Notes: generated from the letters alone by a model not told the origin. Shown: positions 49,079 through 63,048, counted from the first letter of the stretch. The stretch is DNA of 64,000 bases from Mobula hypostoma (GCF_963921235.1 NC_086108.1:82212001-82276000); one strand, 5' to 3'. A program made the numbers and translations.

Positions 49079-50488
49079 ATTGTGTAAATTTGTATTTAAA
49101 TCAAGTCTGCAACGGGAACTGACTACTTGCAGAAAATAAAGAAATGGTCCTAAAACAGTCCTTCATGCTGAAGCAGTGATTCACTGTTTACACTGTGTCC
49201 TCTTGTACAGTGGAGAGATTAAATGCAGACTGGGTGTTTACTGTGTGGAGCACCTGCAAGGACACCCAAAAACTGGTTTAATTTATCTCCCATTCCCACA
49301 CTGAACTGTCTGGTCTGCATTTATAGGATGCTGCTATACACCTCTGGAACAGTACCTCTCTATCCGGGTACATTATTGCCAAAAGGACTCAAAATCAAAT
49401 TCTACAACTTTTAGGTAATTTGCTCTGTCTGTTCCAAAACTGGCTACTTCTGTATGTCATCTTTGGCGACAGGGGTCAATTTTATTTTACTCTCCATTAG
49501 CACTTAGAGCTCTGCATTTCAGATTCAGTTGTGTGTATTCTCACTAACTGTCCCATTAACTAGTGTCTCCTCCCTGTGCCAATTGTAGCCTTAGCCTATG
49601 AGAGATATTCCCTCTGCCCTATTCATTCCCCTCTTCCCTCTGTTTATTGTCTCATTGTTTATCTTTCCACAGATACTACCTGACCTACTGAGTGTTTGCT
49701 GCAATTTTCAGTATCTGCAGTTTTCTTTTCATTAAGTGCTCATTACTGCACACAGGTATCTATGGAATTTGACTCGGGAGACAACTATTCACCAAGGATG
49801 TAGTCCTGCAAGTATCCTTGCACATATTAATTAAATATGGGTGTTTTTTTTTCCTACCATCTTTTGCAGTGTTTCAAATACTCGCTCCTCTAATTGTGGG
49901 GAAAATAAATCCTCATTTCCTCCCCCATCCCATATAACTGTTTCCTATTCTTTTGAACCCTCTGTCAAGGGAAATGTATCCTTCGTATTTTCTCAATCTG
50001 GGCCCTTTATACAGTTCCCGGAATAAATTGAAAATAATTACCATTGTTCTATTACAAAAGTGATTTACCGCAGGTGCTGGAAATAGGCTTCAGGTGAGAT
50101 ATTACCTCTGGAGAGAAAAAAAAAAGCAATGCTAACATTAAGTTTGATAATAGTATATTGTGTCATAACAGTTCTAATGTAAGGTTACCTGGCTGGACAT
50201 TGAATAGTGAGTTTGATGAATATTTAAATTGCAAGGAGGCAACTAGCAGAATTTATCTTCAAAAATGGGATGAAAAGCCTATTTTTGTGCTGCACCATCC
50301 TCCAAATCTGACTCCTACCTTTGCAGTGTTACCAAAAAAGATAAACCTCATTCATAGACCTGCTGTATAAACCAATCTGCCACACTTGTGTAACTGAAGC
50401 AATATCAAAATTATATATCATGTGGGTAAACAATGTAAAATATGTACAACAGTAAATCTTTCCATGCACCACACCTTATAACTGAATT

Positions 50489-50494
50489 TTTATT
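50489..50494 (-). terminator. Probable polyadenylation signal of the TMEM205-family gene
   Basis: AATAAA on the minus strand followed by GT-rich AGGTGTGGTG. Alternative signals at ~50665 and ~51195. Confidence 0.45.
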
Positions 50495-51210
50495 CAAATA
50501 AACAGAAAAACAGGTAAATTGTATTCATTATACATAATTTTAAATGATTTAAAAACTGTACAAGTTGACCTATGCAGAACATGTGGAATAGATAATTGTA
50601 CAGTACATTTTTCAAATTGTAGCTACCACATAGTGCTGATGCCAATGTCAATAGCCAACAATGTTTTATTAAGGCCTAACCAGATGGACCACTGTAGTTT
50701 CTTCCAGTACCATATTACATATGAACTATTCTAATCAAATAGTCTAACTTTCTATTTGAAAATTTCCAGCTTTATATATTGGTCACCAGTGTACATAGAC
50801 ACTTATAACAGTTCATGAGAAAGTTCTAACATATAGTGAAGGAATTCTCTAGCATGGCCCAAGTGGGTTTATCACTGCTTGCCTAGTCCCATTAAATTGA
50901 AAGTAGGAAGAATTAAAGTCAATATGTATTAGCCAAGCAAGGATAAAGATGGACAGAAGTTCCACCACCTCAAATAATCCTAACTGTCCTATAACCAGTA
51001 AGATATATGGAGATAAAAAAATGTCGATTTCTTTAATTTGTGTGATTACCTACTCTAGGTGGTGCTGTTGACACTTACTCCATAAGTGTGCAAAAGGTGC
51101 ATTTGGTTTACTGCTCACCAAGCAACAATACGAAGTGTCTTACACCTCACATTCTGGTTCAAAAATAACCTTTATATGACATCATTTCAATTATTTTATT
51201 CTTACCATCT

Positions 51211-51513
51211 TTATAATGTGGATAAATTGGTTGCTATGTAGTACAAACTTATCCCATTACAAATGAGACAGCACAGGTTACATAAAGAGGAGGCATTGTG
51301 ATACATTGCAAGTTGCTTTGCAAGTTCCTTGTATTTGGGTTTACTCTCTTTCAACTGGTTATAGGCCTCTCTGTTGGTAGACAATCCAATATCCTGTCCG
51401 AGCCCACAGCTCCTTTCAATCAGATGCATGTCAGTCATGATTTCAGAAGTTATCTGCCCAAACCATTGAGCATTGAGTGCAGCAAAAGTAACACAAATGA
51501 ATAAAGTTATAAT
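51211..51513 (-). CDS. TMEM205: TMEM205-family terminal coding exon (IITLFICVTFAALNAQWFG...YHNASSLCNLCCLICNGISLYYIATNLSTL*)
   Basis: ttttgcag acceptor. Contains the LNAxW, IExxxGLG, PKY and YH..SSLCNL motifs of TMEM205/DUF4149. Confidence 0.92.
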   Translation of the reverse strand: MITLFICVTFAALNAQWFGQITSEIMTDMHLIERSCGLGQDIGLSTNREAYNQLKESKPKYKELAKQLAMYHNASSLCNLCCLICNGISLYYIATNLSTL

Positions 51514-52441
51514 CTGCAAAAAATACATAAATGTTTTGAATCAGCACTGCTGAAAATCTTACTCAAGATTGTTCCTACACTGCTGTCAATTTAGTGAAGG
51601 GCATTTTCTACTGTGGGTTAATGGTTATTACAAATTCATGAAATTAGCAAAGGCATCTCACTTAAAGTTACATTAGCAAGGATGGTGAATTAAATAGCAC
51701 CTCCAACTAACTATGCCAGCTAATATCCACTTTTTAGGTTATTACATCTTTTTCAAAATAGACCAAGAACGTGCCAGGCATCTGCATAGCTTGAGTTCAT
51801 ATAACAAGCACCTGTGCAAGTGAACAGCCATTATAGTTAACAGTTCATATTATGATTATTGCAGTTGACATAAAAACAAACCATCCACTTATTGTTTAAG
51901 GAAGCACAATGTCTCAAAACCTAGGCTAGAATGACAGCCTGTACATCCTTTCCTAGTCCTCTCAAGTCAACTGCAGAAAAGGATTCTGCAGAAGATCTAG
52001 GGAAAAAAGTTATAAATGACGTGCTGACCTCTGGTCAAGAAATTCAACAGAAATCTTCCAATTTGAACTTGCGCATCCCAACTCGACTTTGTGATACAAT
52101 TAGATACAGGAGAGCTTTGCAACTACAGCAAGTTGTGTTAAAACAATTGCCTGTGACTGAGGTCATCTCAGTTAAATGCATACAGGGGAGGATCATTTCC
52201 ATATGTGCAAGAAAATGAGCTTCAATCCTTTAACACCCACATATGGTTCAATGTTACACAGCCTGTATAAAAGATGTTATATGCCTTTATGTACAATTCA
52301 AATTCAGAAAAAAGGACAGAATGCAAGCACCATCTCTACAAGATCAGAAGGTGTCCCTGTCGACACTTTCCCTATTACTAGCTGTCTTTACTTCAGTTCA
52401 TTCCAAATTTCTTATGCAATGATTATCACTGTGCATGGTAC

Positions 52442-52605
52442 CTGAAATGTCTCCTCTGGATTTAACTGCTCACTGGGATGATGGATTGCAAAGATCATTA
52501 AGTTAAAGAAAGCACAGGCAGATCCGAGATGAAAGTAGGATGGAAAGAGTTTGCTCTGGATGAAGCCAAATGTGTGTCTGGTGAGATTGCTGCCCATGAT
52601 AAAAC
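52442..52605 (-). CDS. TMEM205: TMEM205-family coding exon 2 (GFIMGSNLTRHTFGFIQSKLFPSYFHLGSACAFFNL...EETFQ)
   Basis: tttgcag acceptor and CAG|gtacca donor. RHTFG..QSKLFP.YF signature. Confidence 0.94.
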
Positions 52606-54820
52606 CTGCAAAACAAAAACAATGATACTGATGTTGAGGAGAATTTTACAAAATAAACTATTGCTTATAGAGGAAGGGGAGTCCCCATTCCCTCCTCTAA
52701 AGAGAAAAAAAGTAAAAATCTATTGCAAATGTAAACAGAATACATTACACCCATAAAGCACAAATACCCTCCACCTTCAATACTAATGAACTAACAAAAA
52801 TTCAATTATGCATGTCAACTAGGACAGCTTTGCAATAACAACCAAAAATTAATTTAGCTTAGCACCATGGGTTTGTTTTGATGTCAATATTAAACTGGTT
52901 GTGGGGTAGTTATTTCTAGATGGGAAATAACCACATCAAGGCACCACATTCCTCGAGTTGAATTCTAAACAGAGTGTAGCCATTTTAATATGGTGTGCAA
53001 TCAAGTCAGCAGATGCAAACTCATTTAGTTTGGAGAAAGGATAGTCTTTGCAACAGAACCAGCACAAACCCCTCTTTCTGCTGGCCTTAAAACACACAAT
53101 AACCAATATTGAATGAATTCTGGTAGATTCCTGAATCATTTCTTCCCCATTTCAAAAGCTTACCCATGGCCCAACCTGCCCTGCTACTATTAACATAGTA
53201 ATAATGGGAAACACTGAGTTAGCTGGTTTGATATGTCGGCTTGGTTGCACATGCAATGCAGTGAGCTGACCTGGGCTTTCTTTCCCACACAAAAGACAGA
53301 TTTCCCCCCTCCCCATTTTAAAATCAGCTACAAGTGCATGAGAAATATTTTGGCCTGGAATCAACAAAAGACGATAAGAACAAATTACAAGAGAACTCAG
53401 GGGCTCTTAGTAATAATTAAAATGTAAATTATAGGGCTACGCACTTGAGGGGGTGCTGGAGACTGGAGGGAATTCCAGACAGGAAGATATGTTAATGTTA
53501 GAAATTTTGGCCAGATATGGAGGACCACAAATTGCAGGCAAATGAAACTTTGCTGGGCCATAAGGAACTCAAAGTAAGTCAAAGGTGATACCTCAATACA
53601 GTTAAAATGTTAATGATTGATTTACTGCAAGTATAACATGTAATTGTGATGGTGTGGCAGCTAGATCCAGATTTGGGGAAAAGAAGCATATTCCTGGATC
53701 TTTGAGATTAAAGAACAGATATGCTGTTTTCAAACAGAGTTTTTTTTTCCCCCTCTGAGAAGCAGTTGTTGAATGTTCTACTGAAAGGGAGGGGATTTTA
53801 CATTATAGTTGTGGTTAACTTGTGAATGGTTTCTTCTAATCTGGTAAACTTATTTGAATAAAAATTAAAACAAAATGCAGATGCTGAAAATGTGCAACTA
53901 AACCAAGAAAAGATGCTAGAGAAAAAAAAACTGTCAGGCAGCATCTATGGAAAGAGATCACTGATCCTTTGTCAGAACTAGTAAAAAGGCAACAAATAAT
54001 TTTCAATAAAAAGAACCTTATTAACATCAAGTGAACAAGTACATACAAGGGCAATTTTCTTAATGTCTGCATTTAAATTCCATTTCTTTATATCCATTTC
54101 TGTTTAAATCTGATTTATATAGAATAATTGTTTCCACAGGAGTTAGTAGTAAGGCAAAGCTTTATATCAAAGTGCATCAGATAATTACTTTAAGCATCCA
54201 GTGATTACCAAGTTACAGTAGATATTGAAGCTATTCTGATCAAATGGCAATGAATATGAGGCTTTAGACACCAATGTCAGACTTGCAGGTCTTGCCATAG
54301 TGGTCACAGTTGTTTTCAAAAAAAATTCCTTTGGTCAGGTTTCTGTTCAGGCTTAAGTACTCATGTTGGACACCAATATGTCCAAGGTGAGCAGAAACTT
54401 TTTTATTTCACCATTTAGACTTTGTGCAGGTTTGGTAATTTCCAGAAGTCTGATTTCTTCCAGCATATACTTTTGAAAGTACCTTTTTTGTCATTTAAAC
54501 AGTACATCCTCTCAAATACAAACAGAAAATACTAGAAACATTCAGCAGGTCAGGCAGCGTTGTGGAAAGAGGAACAGAATTACCATTTTAGGTCAAAGAC
54601 TCTTCATCATTTTGATTCTGACACCTTCCCCTTGTCTGGATAAGAACAGTCCCACAGAACTTAATAAATTCAGCACCATTCAAGACAAAACAGTCCACTT
54701 GATTGGTATCCCATTAAAAACTCAAGCTTTGATTGGAACATAGTGGATGTAGTGTACACTGTCTACAAAATACACTGCAGTATCTCACATTGGCGATTCT
54801 GACAGCTTCTACAAAGAAAG

Positions 54821-57385
54821 ATAAGACCATAAGACATAGGAGCAGAATTAGGCCATTTGGTCCATCGAATCTGCTCTGCAGTTCAATCATAGCTGATCCT
54901 TTTATCTCCTCCTCAGCTCCACTCCCAGGCCTTCTCACCACAACCTTTTATGCCGTGTCCAATCAAGAACCAATCAATCTCTGCCTTAAATACACCCACC
55001 TCCACAGCTGTGGCAACAAATTCAACAAATCCACCACCCTCTGACTAAAGAAATTTGTCCACATCTCTGTCTTAAATGGATGCCCCTCTATCCTGAGGCT
55101 GTGCCCTCTCATCCTAGACTCCCCCACCAGGGGAAACATGCTTTCCACATCTACCCTGTCTAGGCCTTTCAATATTCGAGAGTTTTCAATGAGATTCTCC
55201 CCCCCCCCCATCCTTCTAAATTCCAGTGAGTAAAGGCCTAAAGCCATCAAACGTTCCTCATGATAACCCTTTCATTCCCGAAATCATCCTTGTGAACCTC
55301 CTCTGAACCCTCTCCAATGCCAGCACATCTTTTAGATAAGGAGCCCAAAACTGTTTACAATACTCAAGGCAAGGCCTCATCAGTGCCTTATAAAGCCTCA
55401 GCATCACATCCCTGCTCTTGTATTCTAGACCTCTTGAAATGAATGCTAAAATTGCATTTGCCTTCCTCACCACACTTCCTGCAAGTTAACCTTTAGGGTG
55501 TTCTACACAAAGACTCCCAAGTCTCTTTACATCTCAGATTTTAGATTTTCTCCCTGTTAAGAAAAAAGTCTGCACATTTATTTCTTCTACCAAAGTGCAT
55601 GACCATGCATTTTCCAACATCTTATTTCATTTGCCATTTTCTTGCCCATTCTCCAAATCTGTTCAAGTCCTTCTGTGGCCTATCTGTTTCCTCAACACTA
55701 CCTGCCCCTCCACCAATCTTGATATCATCTGCAAACTTGGCAACAAAGCTATCTATTCCATCATCTAAATCATTGATATACAGCATAAAAAGCTGTCCCA
55801 ACACTGACCCCTGGGGAACACCACTAGTCACTGGCAGCCAACCAGAAAAGGAATTTTTTATTCCCACTCACTGCCTCCTATCAATCAGCCAATGATCTAA
55901 TCATGCCAGTGGTTTTCCTGTAATACCATGGGCTCTTAACTTGGCAAGCAGCTTCACATGTGGCACCTTGTCAAAGGCCTTTGGAATAAATATACAATAT
56001 CCACTGCATCTCCTTTATCTATCCTACCTGTAATCTCCTCAAAGAATTCCATCAGGTTGTCAGGCAAGATTTTCCCTTTAGAAAACCATGCTGACTTTGT
56101 CCTATCTTGTTTTCAGTCACCAAGTACTCCACAACCTCATTCTTAACAATTGACTCCAACATCTTGCCAACCACTTAAGTCAGGCTAACTGGTCTATAAT
56201 TTCCTTTCTGCTGCCTTCCTCCTTTGTTAAAGAGTGGTGTGACATTTGCAATTTTCCAGTCCTCTGGCATCATATCGGAGTCTAATTATTTTTGAAAGAT
56301 CATTACGAATGCCTCTACAATCTCTACCGCTACCTCTTTCAGAATCCTAGGGTGCAGTTCATCTGGTCTGGGTGACTTATGTACCTTTGGGTCTTTCAGC
56401 TTTTTGAGCAACCTCTCCCTTGTAATAGTAACTGCACTTCTCTTCCCTCACACCCTTCATCATCTGGCACACTGCTAGTATAGTAAAGACTGATGCAAAA
56501 CACTCATTTAGTTCATCTGCCATCTACTTGTCCCCCGTTATTATTTCTCCAGTCTCATTTTCTATGATCCTATATCTACTCTCATCTCTTTTAGTTTTTA
56601 CATTCTTGAAAAAATCTTTTGTGATCCAATTTGCTATTGTTTGCCAGTTTGCTTTCATATTTCATCTTTTCCCTCCTAATGATTCTTTTAGTTGCTTTCT
56701 ACAGGTTTTTAAAGGCTTCACAATCCTCCATCTTCCTGCTAATTTTTGCTTTGTTGTATGCCCTCTCTTTTGCTTTTACATTAGCGTTGACTTTCCTCGT
56801 CAGCCGCAGTTGTACTATTTTGTTATTTGAATATTTTTTCATTTTTGGAATACATCTATCCTGCACCTTCATCATTTTTCTCAGAAACTCACACCAATAC
56901 TGCTCTGCTGTCATCCCTGTCAGCATCTCCTTCCAATTTACTTGGGCCAACTCCCCTCTCATACCACTGTATTTTCCTTTACTCCACTGAAATACTGCCT
57001 TGTCAGACTTTACTTTCTCCCCATCAAATTTCAAGTTGAACTCAATCATATTGTAATCAGTGCCTCCTAAGGGTTCTTTTACCTTAAGCTCCCTGATCAC
57101 CCCCGGTTCATTACATAACACCCAATCCAGTATAGTCGATCCCCGAGTAGGCTCAACAACAAACTGCTCTAAAAAGCCATCTCATAGGCATTCAACAAAC
57201 CCCCTCTGCCTAGCTTCCTATCTCTCCCATACAATGTGTAATCTAGGACATTCAGCTCCTAACTACAAACATCCTTCAGCCATGATTCAGTAATGGCTAC
57301 ATCATACCTGACGATCTGTAATAGTGCAACAATTCACTTTATTTCTTATACTCCGTGCATTGAGATATAACACTGAGTGCTGTGC
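54821..57385 (-). mobile_element. CR1 LINE ORF2 (endonuclease-RT) and tail, decayed
   Basis: [38 protein letters not shown] and RPCLEYC.QFWAP motifs, with a TCTTATGG tail. Confidence 0.92.
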
Positions 57386-57796
57386 AATGACCCAAGAACT
57401 CATCATCTTTGCACCTTCCGTCAGGTTACACACTGTCCTAAAGTTATTTTGCTGTTCCTTCTTCGCTGAACCAAAATACACCAGCATAGTAGGAATGTCT
57501 ACACCTGAACAATAACAGAGAAGTTCACCACCATCTTCAAGTAGCTAGGTATGGGTAGTTAATGGAAATAGAGCTAGTAGAACCCTGATCCTGAAAAGTG
57601 AATGGAAAAAAGTTCCTGAGAAGATGATGGTGAACTGTTTTCTTTTACACTTGGACCCTCTGTAGTGAAGGTTCTCACACAGTATTATTGATGATAGGTC
57701 TCGTGTCATCTAAACCTTTCCTGTTGCTGGAAATCTGCCTGTTAATGGCAACAGTTCTAGAAAAGAGTTAGCATGGCAAAGAGGAAAGAGACCTAC

Positions 57797-57896
57797 CAGA
57801 TACAAATGTCACCCAAATCTGCATCCCCCAGAACGTGGCCAGGAAGATCAGGTGCAGAAGTTTTGCAAGTGTTGTAGCCTCTCCATTGGTAGCCAT
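57797..57896 (-). CDS. TMEM205: TMEM205-family first coding exon (MATNGEATTLAKLLHLIFLATFWGMQIWVTFVS)
   Basis: Kozak context gccATGG, HL....WGMQ.WVTFVSG motif and G|gtaggt donor. The three exons give 567 nt, i.e. 188 aa plus stop. Confidence 0.94.
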
Positions 57897-59082
57897 GGCG
57901 ATTGGCACAGTTGACATCAAAAGGCAGAGCTGAGCGAAATCTACATTGAGTTCCAAAAGAAATATCTGGAAAAGCCTTGTAGAAAGAAAACCAAATTGTG
58001 CGCAAGATAATGATCTCTAATAAACTATGTTTAGCAGAAGGCAGAATACACATTTGCTAGGGGAGTCATTCAGGCATTGGCAACTGCCCTGAACTATAGC
58101 AGTGGGATTGACCCCAGTTCCATTTCAGTTGAGGACAAATAGTTTGGTTTCACAAAGCAAGACTGGTCTCCAAGTCCAAGGTTGTTCACAACTATGGCAT
58201 TTTTTTTCACCCTAAACTCAGTTACAAACTTTTCATACTATCCCAATCTTGACAGTCTGAATTCACTGCAGCATGACATAGCTATCTCTGTCCTACTTCC
58301 ACCCAGGATTCATGAAACTTCCTTCCACACTTAGTATGCACCAAGGACAATAATGTCCAAAACTCCATGCCACAAATTCCAATTGACTACATTCTGCCCT
58401 TAAAAAAACTTGCTGAGAAGCCAGATCTAAAACTCTCCTTCCCTCAGACAGTGCCCAATTTAAATATTGCCAGTTGTTTCCTGGCTTTAAACTTTGATTA
58501 CTTTTAACAGTTTATTTGCAAGAGTATTAAACATTGCTGCATTATGCTTTCTTCATATTTGTATTAAGCCTTTTTATTCAATCCAGCTCAGTAATCTTTC
58601 AATTTTGAAATTAGGATAGCCAAATACACCCATTTTAGTTTTTCAGATTCTGTTAAATCTACATGGGTGAAACCTAAAGATGTTCAGCTTCTATGTAATA
58701 GAAGCTCTTGTGTTTCAAAATAGATATATGGCACCCAGACACGTTTGTGTGGAAAATCACAGTGCATACCTACCATAGTAATAAGTGTTTATATGTAGTG
58801 AACAGCACAGTACACAAAGCAAGTTGAATTGATGCCATTTCCGTCATTGTTCACTCAATGTGACTTTAGTGAGGTGACCATAGCAATTTGGAATCAAAGT
58901 GATAAGTAACTACATACTGGTTAGTTGCAATTACATTTCTTTCAGCTATTAGTGTAATTATACATGTGTTTAGTGTTTTCCAACAATGCAAAGATCAACA
59001 GGAGAGAGGTAATTGCAATATTTGCTAGTTTGCTATTCTTTTACGAAAGGTTCATTGGTCAATGGTTCAATGGTTCCATTTA

Positions 59083-60673
59083 CAGTGGCTTGCAAAGGTT
59101 TGGGCACCCCGGTCAAAATTTCTGTTACTGTGAATAGCTAAATGAGTAAAAGATGAACTGATTTCCAAAAGGCATAAAGTTAAAGATGACACATTTCTTT
59201 AACATTTTAAGCAAGATTACTTTTTTATTTCCATCTTTTACAGTTTCAAAATAACAAAAAAGGAAAAGGACCCGAAGCAAAATTTTGGGCACCCTGCATG
59301 GTCAGTACTTAGTAACACCCCCTTTGGCAGGTATCACAGCTTGTAAACGCTTTTTGTAGCCAGCTAAGAGTCTTTCAATTCTTGTTTGGGGGATTTTCGC
59401 CCATTCTTCCTTGCAAAAACCTTCTGGTTCTGTGAGATTCTTGAGCCGTCTTGCATGCTCTGCTCTTTTGAGGTCTGTCCACAGATTTTTGATGATGTTT
59501 AGGTCGGGGGACTGTGAGGGCCATGGCAAAACCTTCAGCTTGCGCCTCTTGAGGTAGTCCATTGTGGATTTTGAGGTGTGTTTATTATTATCCTTTTGTA
59601 GAAGCCATCCTCTTTTCATCTTCAGCTTTTTTTATATATATACAGACTGTGTGATGTTTGCTTCCAGAATTTGCTGGTATTTAATTGAATTAATTCTTCC
59701 CTCTACCTGTAAAATATTCCCTGTGCCACTGGCTGCAACACAAGCCCAAAGCATGATCGATCCACCCCCGTGCTTAACAGTTGGAGAGGGGTTCTTTTCA
59801 TGAAGTTCTGCACCTTTTTTCTCCAAACATACCTTTGCTCATTGCGGCCCAAAAGTTCAATTTTAACTTCATCAGTCCACAGGACTTGTTTCCAAAATGC
59901 ATCAGGCTTGTTTAGGTGTTCCTTTGCAAACTTCTGATGCTGAATTTTGTGGTGAGGACACAGGAAACATTTCCTTCTGATGACTCTTCCATGAAGGTCA
60001 TATTTGTGCAGGTGTCATTGCACAGTAGAACCGTACTCCAGAGTCTAATAAATCTTCCTGAAAGTCTTTTGCAGTCAAACGGGGGTTTTGATTTGCCTTT
60101 CTAGCAATCCTATGAGCAGTTCTCTGGGAAAGTTTTTTTGGTCTTCCAGAACTCAACTTGACACCCACCGTTCCTGTTAACTGCCATTTCTTAATTACAT
60201 TACGAACTGAGGAAACGGCTACCTGAAAACACTTTGCTATCTTCTTATAGCCTTCTCCTGCTTTGTGGGCATCAACTATTTTAATTCTCAGAGTGCTAGG
60301 CAGCTGCTTAGAGGAGCCCATGCTGCTGATTGTTGGGACAAGGTTTGAGGAGTCAGGGTATTTATAAAGCTTTGAAATTTGCATCACCTGGCCTTTCCTA
60401 ACAATGATTGTGAATAAGCCATAGCCCTAACAAGCTAATTAAGGTCTGAGACCTTGGTAAAAGTTATCTGAGAGCTCAAATCTCTTGGGGTGCCCAACTT
60501 TTGCACGGTGCTCCTTTTCTTTTTTCATAATATCTAATCTTGCTTAAAATGTTGAAAAGAATGTTTTATCTTTAACTTCATGACTTTTGGAGATCAGTTC
60601 ATCTTCTACTCACTTAACTTTTCACAGTAACAGAAATTTTGACCAGGGGTGCCCAAACCTTTGCATACCACTG
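59083..60673 (-). mobile_element. Full-length Tc1-like (IR/DR type) transposon with inactivated transposase
   Basis: TA TSD on both sides and ~200-bp TIRs with internal direct repeats (TTTGGGCACCC). Transposase 60321->59302 runs MGSSKQL...GYKKIAK...WTDE...KHGGGSIMLW...WPSQSPDLNIIKNLW...GGVTKY*, with frameshifts and a catalytic E->K change. Confidence 0.95.
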
Positions 60674-62520
60674 TAAAACCAGAGAATGTGTATGGTATAC
60701 AACCTGAAATTCTTACTCTTCACAGACATCCATGAAAACAGAAGAAAACACCAGAGAATGAATGACAAAAAAATGTTAGAAACTCAAAGCCCCACAACAA
60801 GCAGCAGCAAAGCATCAACCCTCCCTGCCCCCCTCTTGCTCCATCAGGAAGTATCAGAACTCCCTCCCCCACCAAGGACCGTGAACTATAATCCATCAAA
60901 AACTACAGTCCATAACCCAGCACTTCGACATGCCACAGAGAGAGATCACTGGAGTGCAGAGGCCTCCAACAGTGATTCATGAGAACGACATTTCATTCAC
61001 TGTTATTTAAGAGTTTGGGGGTGGAGAGGGCTCACGATTTTGCCGGGATTGCAGGCTTTGCTATGGAGCAGAGGGTCTCTGCATGCAGATGCAGCACTGC
61101 AGTCACTGCACAGTGCAAGCTGTAATGTGAGCACCATGGCACCTCACCCATAACACGGCTACTAACACTGGCCCACAGTTCAGACTCAACTGCATACAAT
61201 GAAAATCTCACTACCATATAAATATGAAAGCGCAGACCATTAGCATGCTGAAACACTTCTTTCCCCGTACCGTTCTGAAAGAGACCCAAAGTAATCACTC
61301 GAATGGATGACCAGATTTATGGTAGATGGCTTCACAACCTGCCATGATACAGGCATAGATCTTACTACCTGCCGTAGAGTCACAGCGACATAATGGAGGA
61401 AATGCAAACTAGAAAAGCTTTCTCTCACAAAGGAGTCATTCAAGTGTGATATTAGTAACAGCTATCACAATTCCCCATTCGATAACATCCCACATCTGAC
61501 CTGCCAAGTGTGGTGCAATGTTTGGATGATGCTAGTTATTGCTACTATGATGATTGACTGGCTGGCAGGGCACAGATGCGAAATGTGCAAGCGTGACTGA
61601 ACGATTGTTTAGTAAGTGAGTCTATTCTTCTCCTTGCGAATAATGAACAGCTGTTTAAAGTTATATATGAATACTGTGGACTTAATGGTTTCGGGATAAA
61701 CCAGTAGACAACGACAATAATTCGGAATGAGATTCGTGGTCACAAATACAGCTGGGGCCATGTTGTTTGACAAGTGATTGCAATTTTCTTAAATAGTTTA
61801 ATGTTGACTACATTGCGCAAAGATTGAATTGCACAGCTTCCACACTCCGGTTTTGCCTGATACTGCTACAGTTAACCACGTGACGTGGCACTGATCAGAG
61901 GGCTAACCTTGTCCCTTAAGAGTATAGTGTGTTTTGGTGCCATTATGGTAAGCAGTTATGAATTTATTCTTATAATCGTCCTTAGGTATCTACTAGCCAA
62001 GGAATTACTGCGTGGTCTAGCAGGGCTTTGACCAGGACACTCAAAACCACACATTGAACAAGTTCGAAACTCTGGTAAAGTTGGCGAGCACTGCAGAGCA
62101 CAAGTCAGAATACGTGTGGAGGAGACAGAGAGGATCAATTTTTCGTGGCAGTTGTTGAAGCATAAAGATTGATACTCACAGGCCCCGTTAACAAAAGTGT
62201 AAACTTTAACAAAACTAATACGTTTGCTATGGGTCTATTTACATACAAAGCAAAGCAGACATTTCCAAAGCCACCCTAATAGGCAAACAGTTGAAATATA
62301 GTTTCAGATTAAATATAGTTTTCTGCCAGAATTCATAAATCAGAATTTTAAGACGAAGAATGCATGGAAAAATTGTTGTCATTTAAGGAAAATGATTTTG
62401 GGGAATTCCTAAACCACACTCATTAATTTAAATTGATCAAGTTTTTAAAGTTGCATTTGCCCATAATCTTCAAGCATTTAGTGAAGCTTCTGAGAATGCA
62501 AAATAAAGCAACTTACTTAC

Positions 62521-62575
62521 CCACTGAATTCTCCCGTCCCCAGCAGCGAACCCCCCACTACAGTCAAACACCCTT
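62521..62575 (-). other. TMEM205: Probable 5' non-coding exon of the TMEM205-family gene
   Basis: Strong donor TGG|GTAAGTAAGT at the edge of the CpG island. CCAAT (minus strand) at 62601-62606 lies upstream. The exon's 5' boundary is approximate. Confidence 0.6.
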
Positions 62576-63048
62576 TAGTGCCATTCTATACAACGCCGCT
62601 GATTGGTCCAAAACATCGGCGAGATTAATGACGTTCCCCAAGGCGGAGCCAAGCCGCTGTCAAACGGAATTTAACCCGATTTAGAATCTGAGCTCGCGAC
62701 CCGACAAGCAGCATCTTTGGACGTAGCCTCCTGTGGCAATTACGTCAGGAATCGCGTCGGCAGTTTTATTTTAAAGACTAAAGAGCACAAGTGTGCAGTA
62801 AATTATAATCGCTAAATGGGTTACAATGGGACCTTGTGGTTATAATAAATAAGGGTCACGGCACTGATCGAGTATCGAACTCGGAACGGGCCCAGCTCGG
62901 CGTCGGGCGCGCGCTTCACGGACACGTCAATCAAACAATGGGCGGAGCCTGCGGCTCGGTCAGCCCTTGCACCTGCGCCGTGGGCCCGGAAGTTGAAGGA
63001 CGAGGTGGTCACTGGGGAGTGGAGTGCTGAGGGGCAGCGAGAGTCGGC
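62575..63048. promoter_or_regulatory. CpG-island bidirectional promoter
   Basis: High CpG density, with CCAAT 62601-06 (-), TCGCGA 62694-99, CRE-like TTACGTCA 62740-47, GC box GGGCGGAG 62940-47 and ETS CCGGAAGT 62986-93. Confidence 0.75.

Noticed and set aside
59302-60321. Active or domesticated Tc1 transposase
   Set aside because: Multiple frameshifts and an altered DDE region (NIIKNLW).
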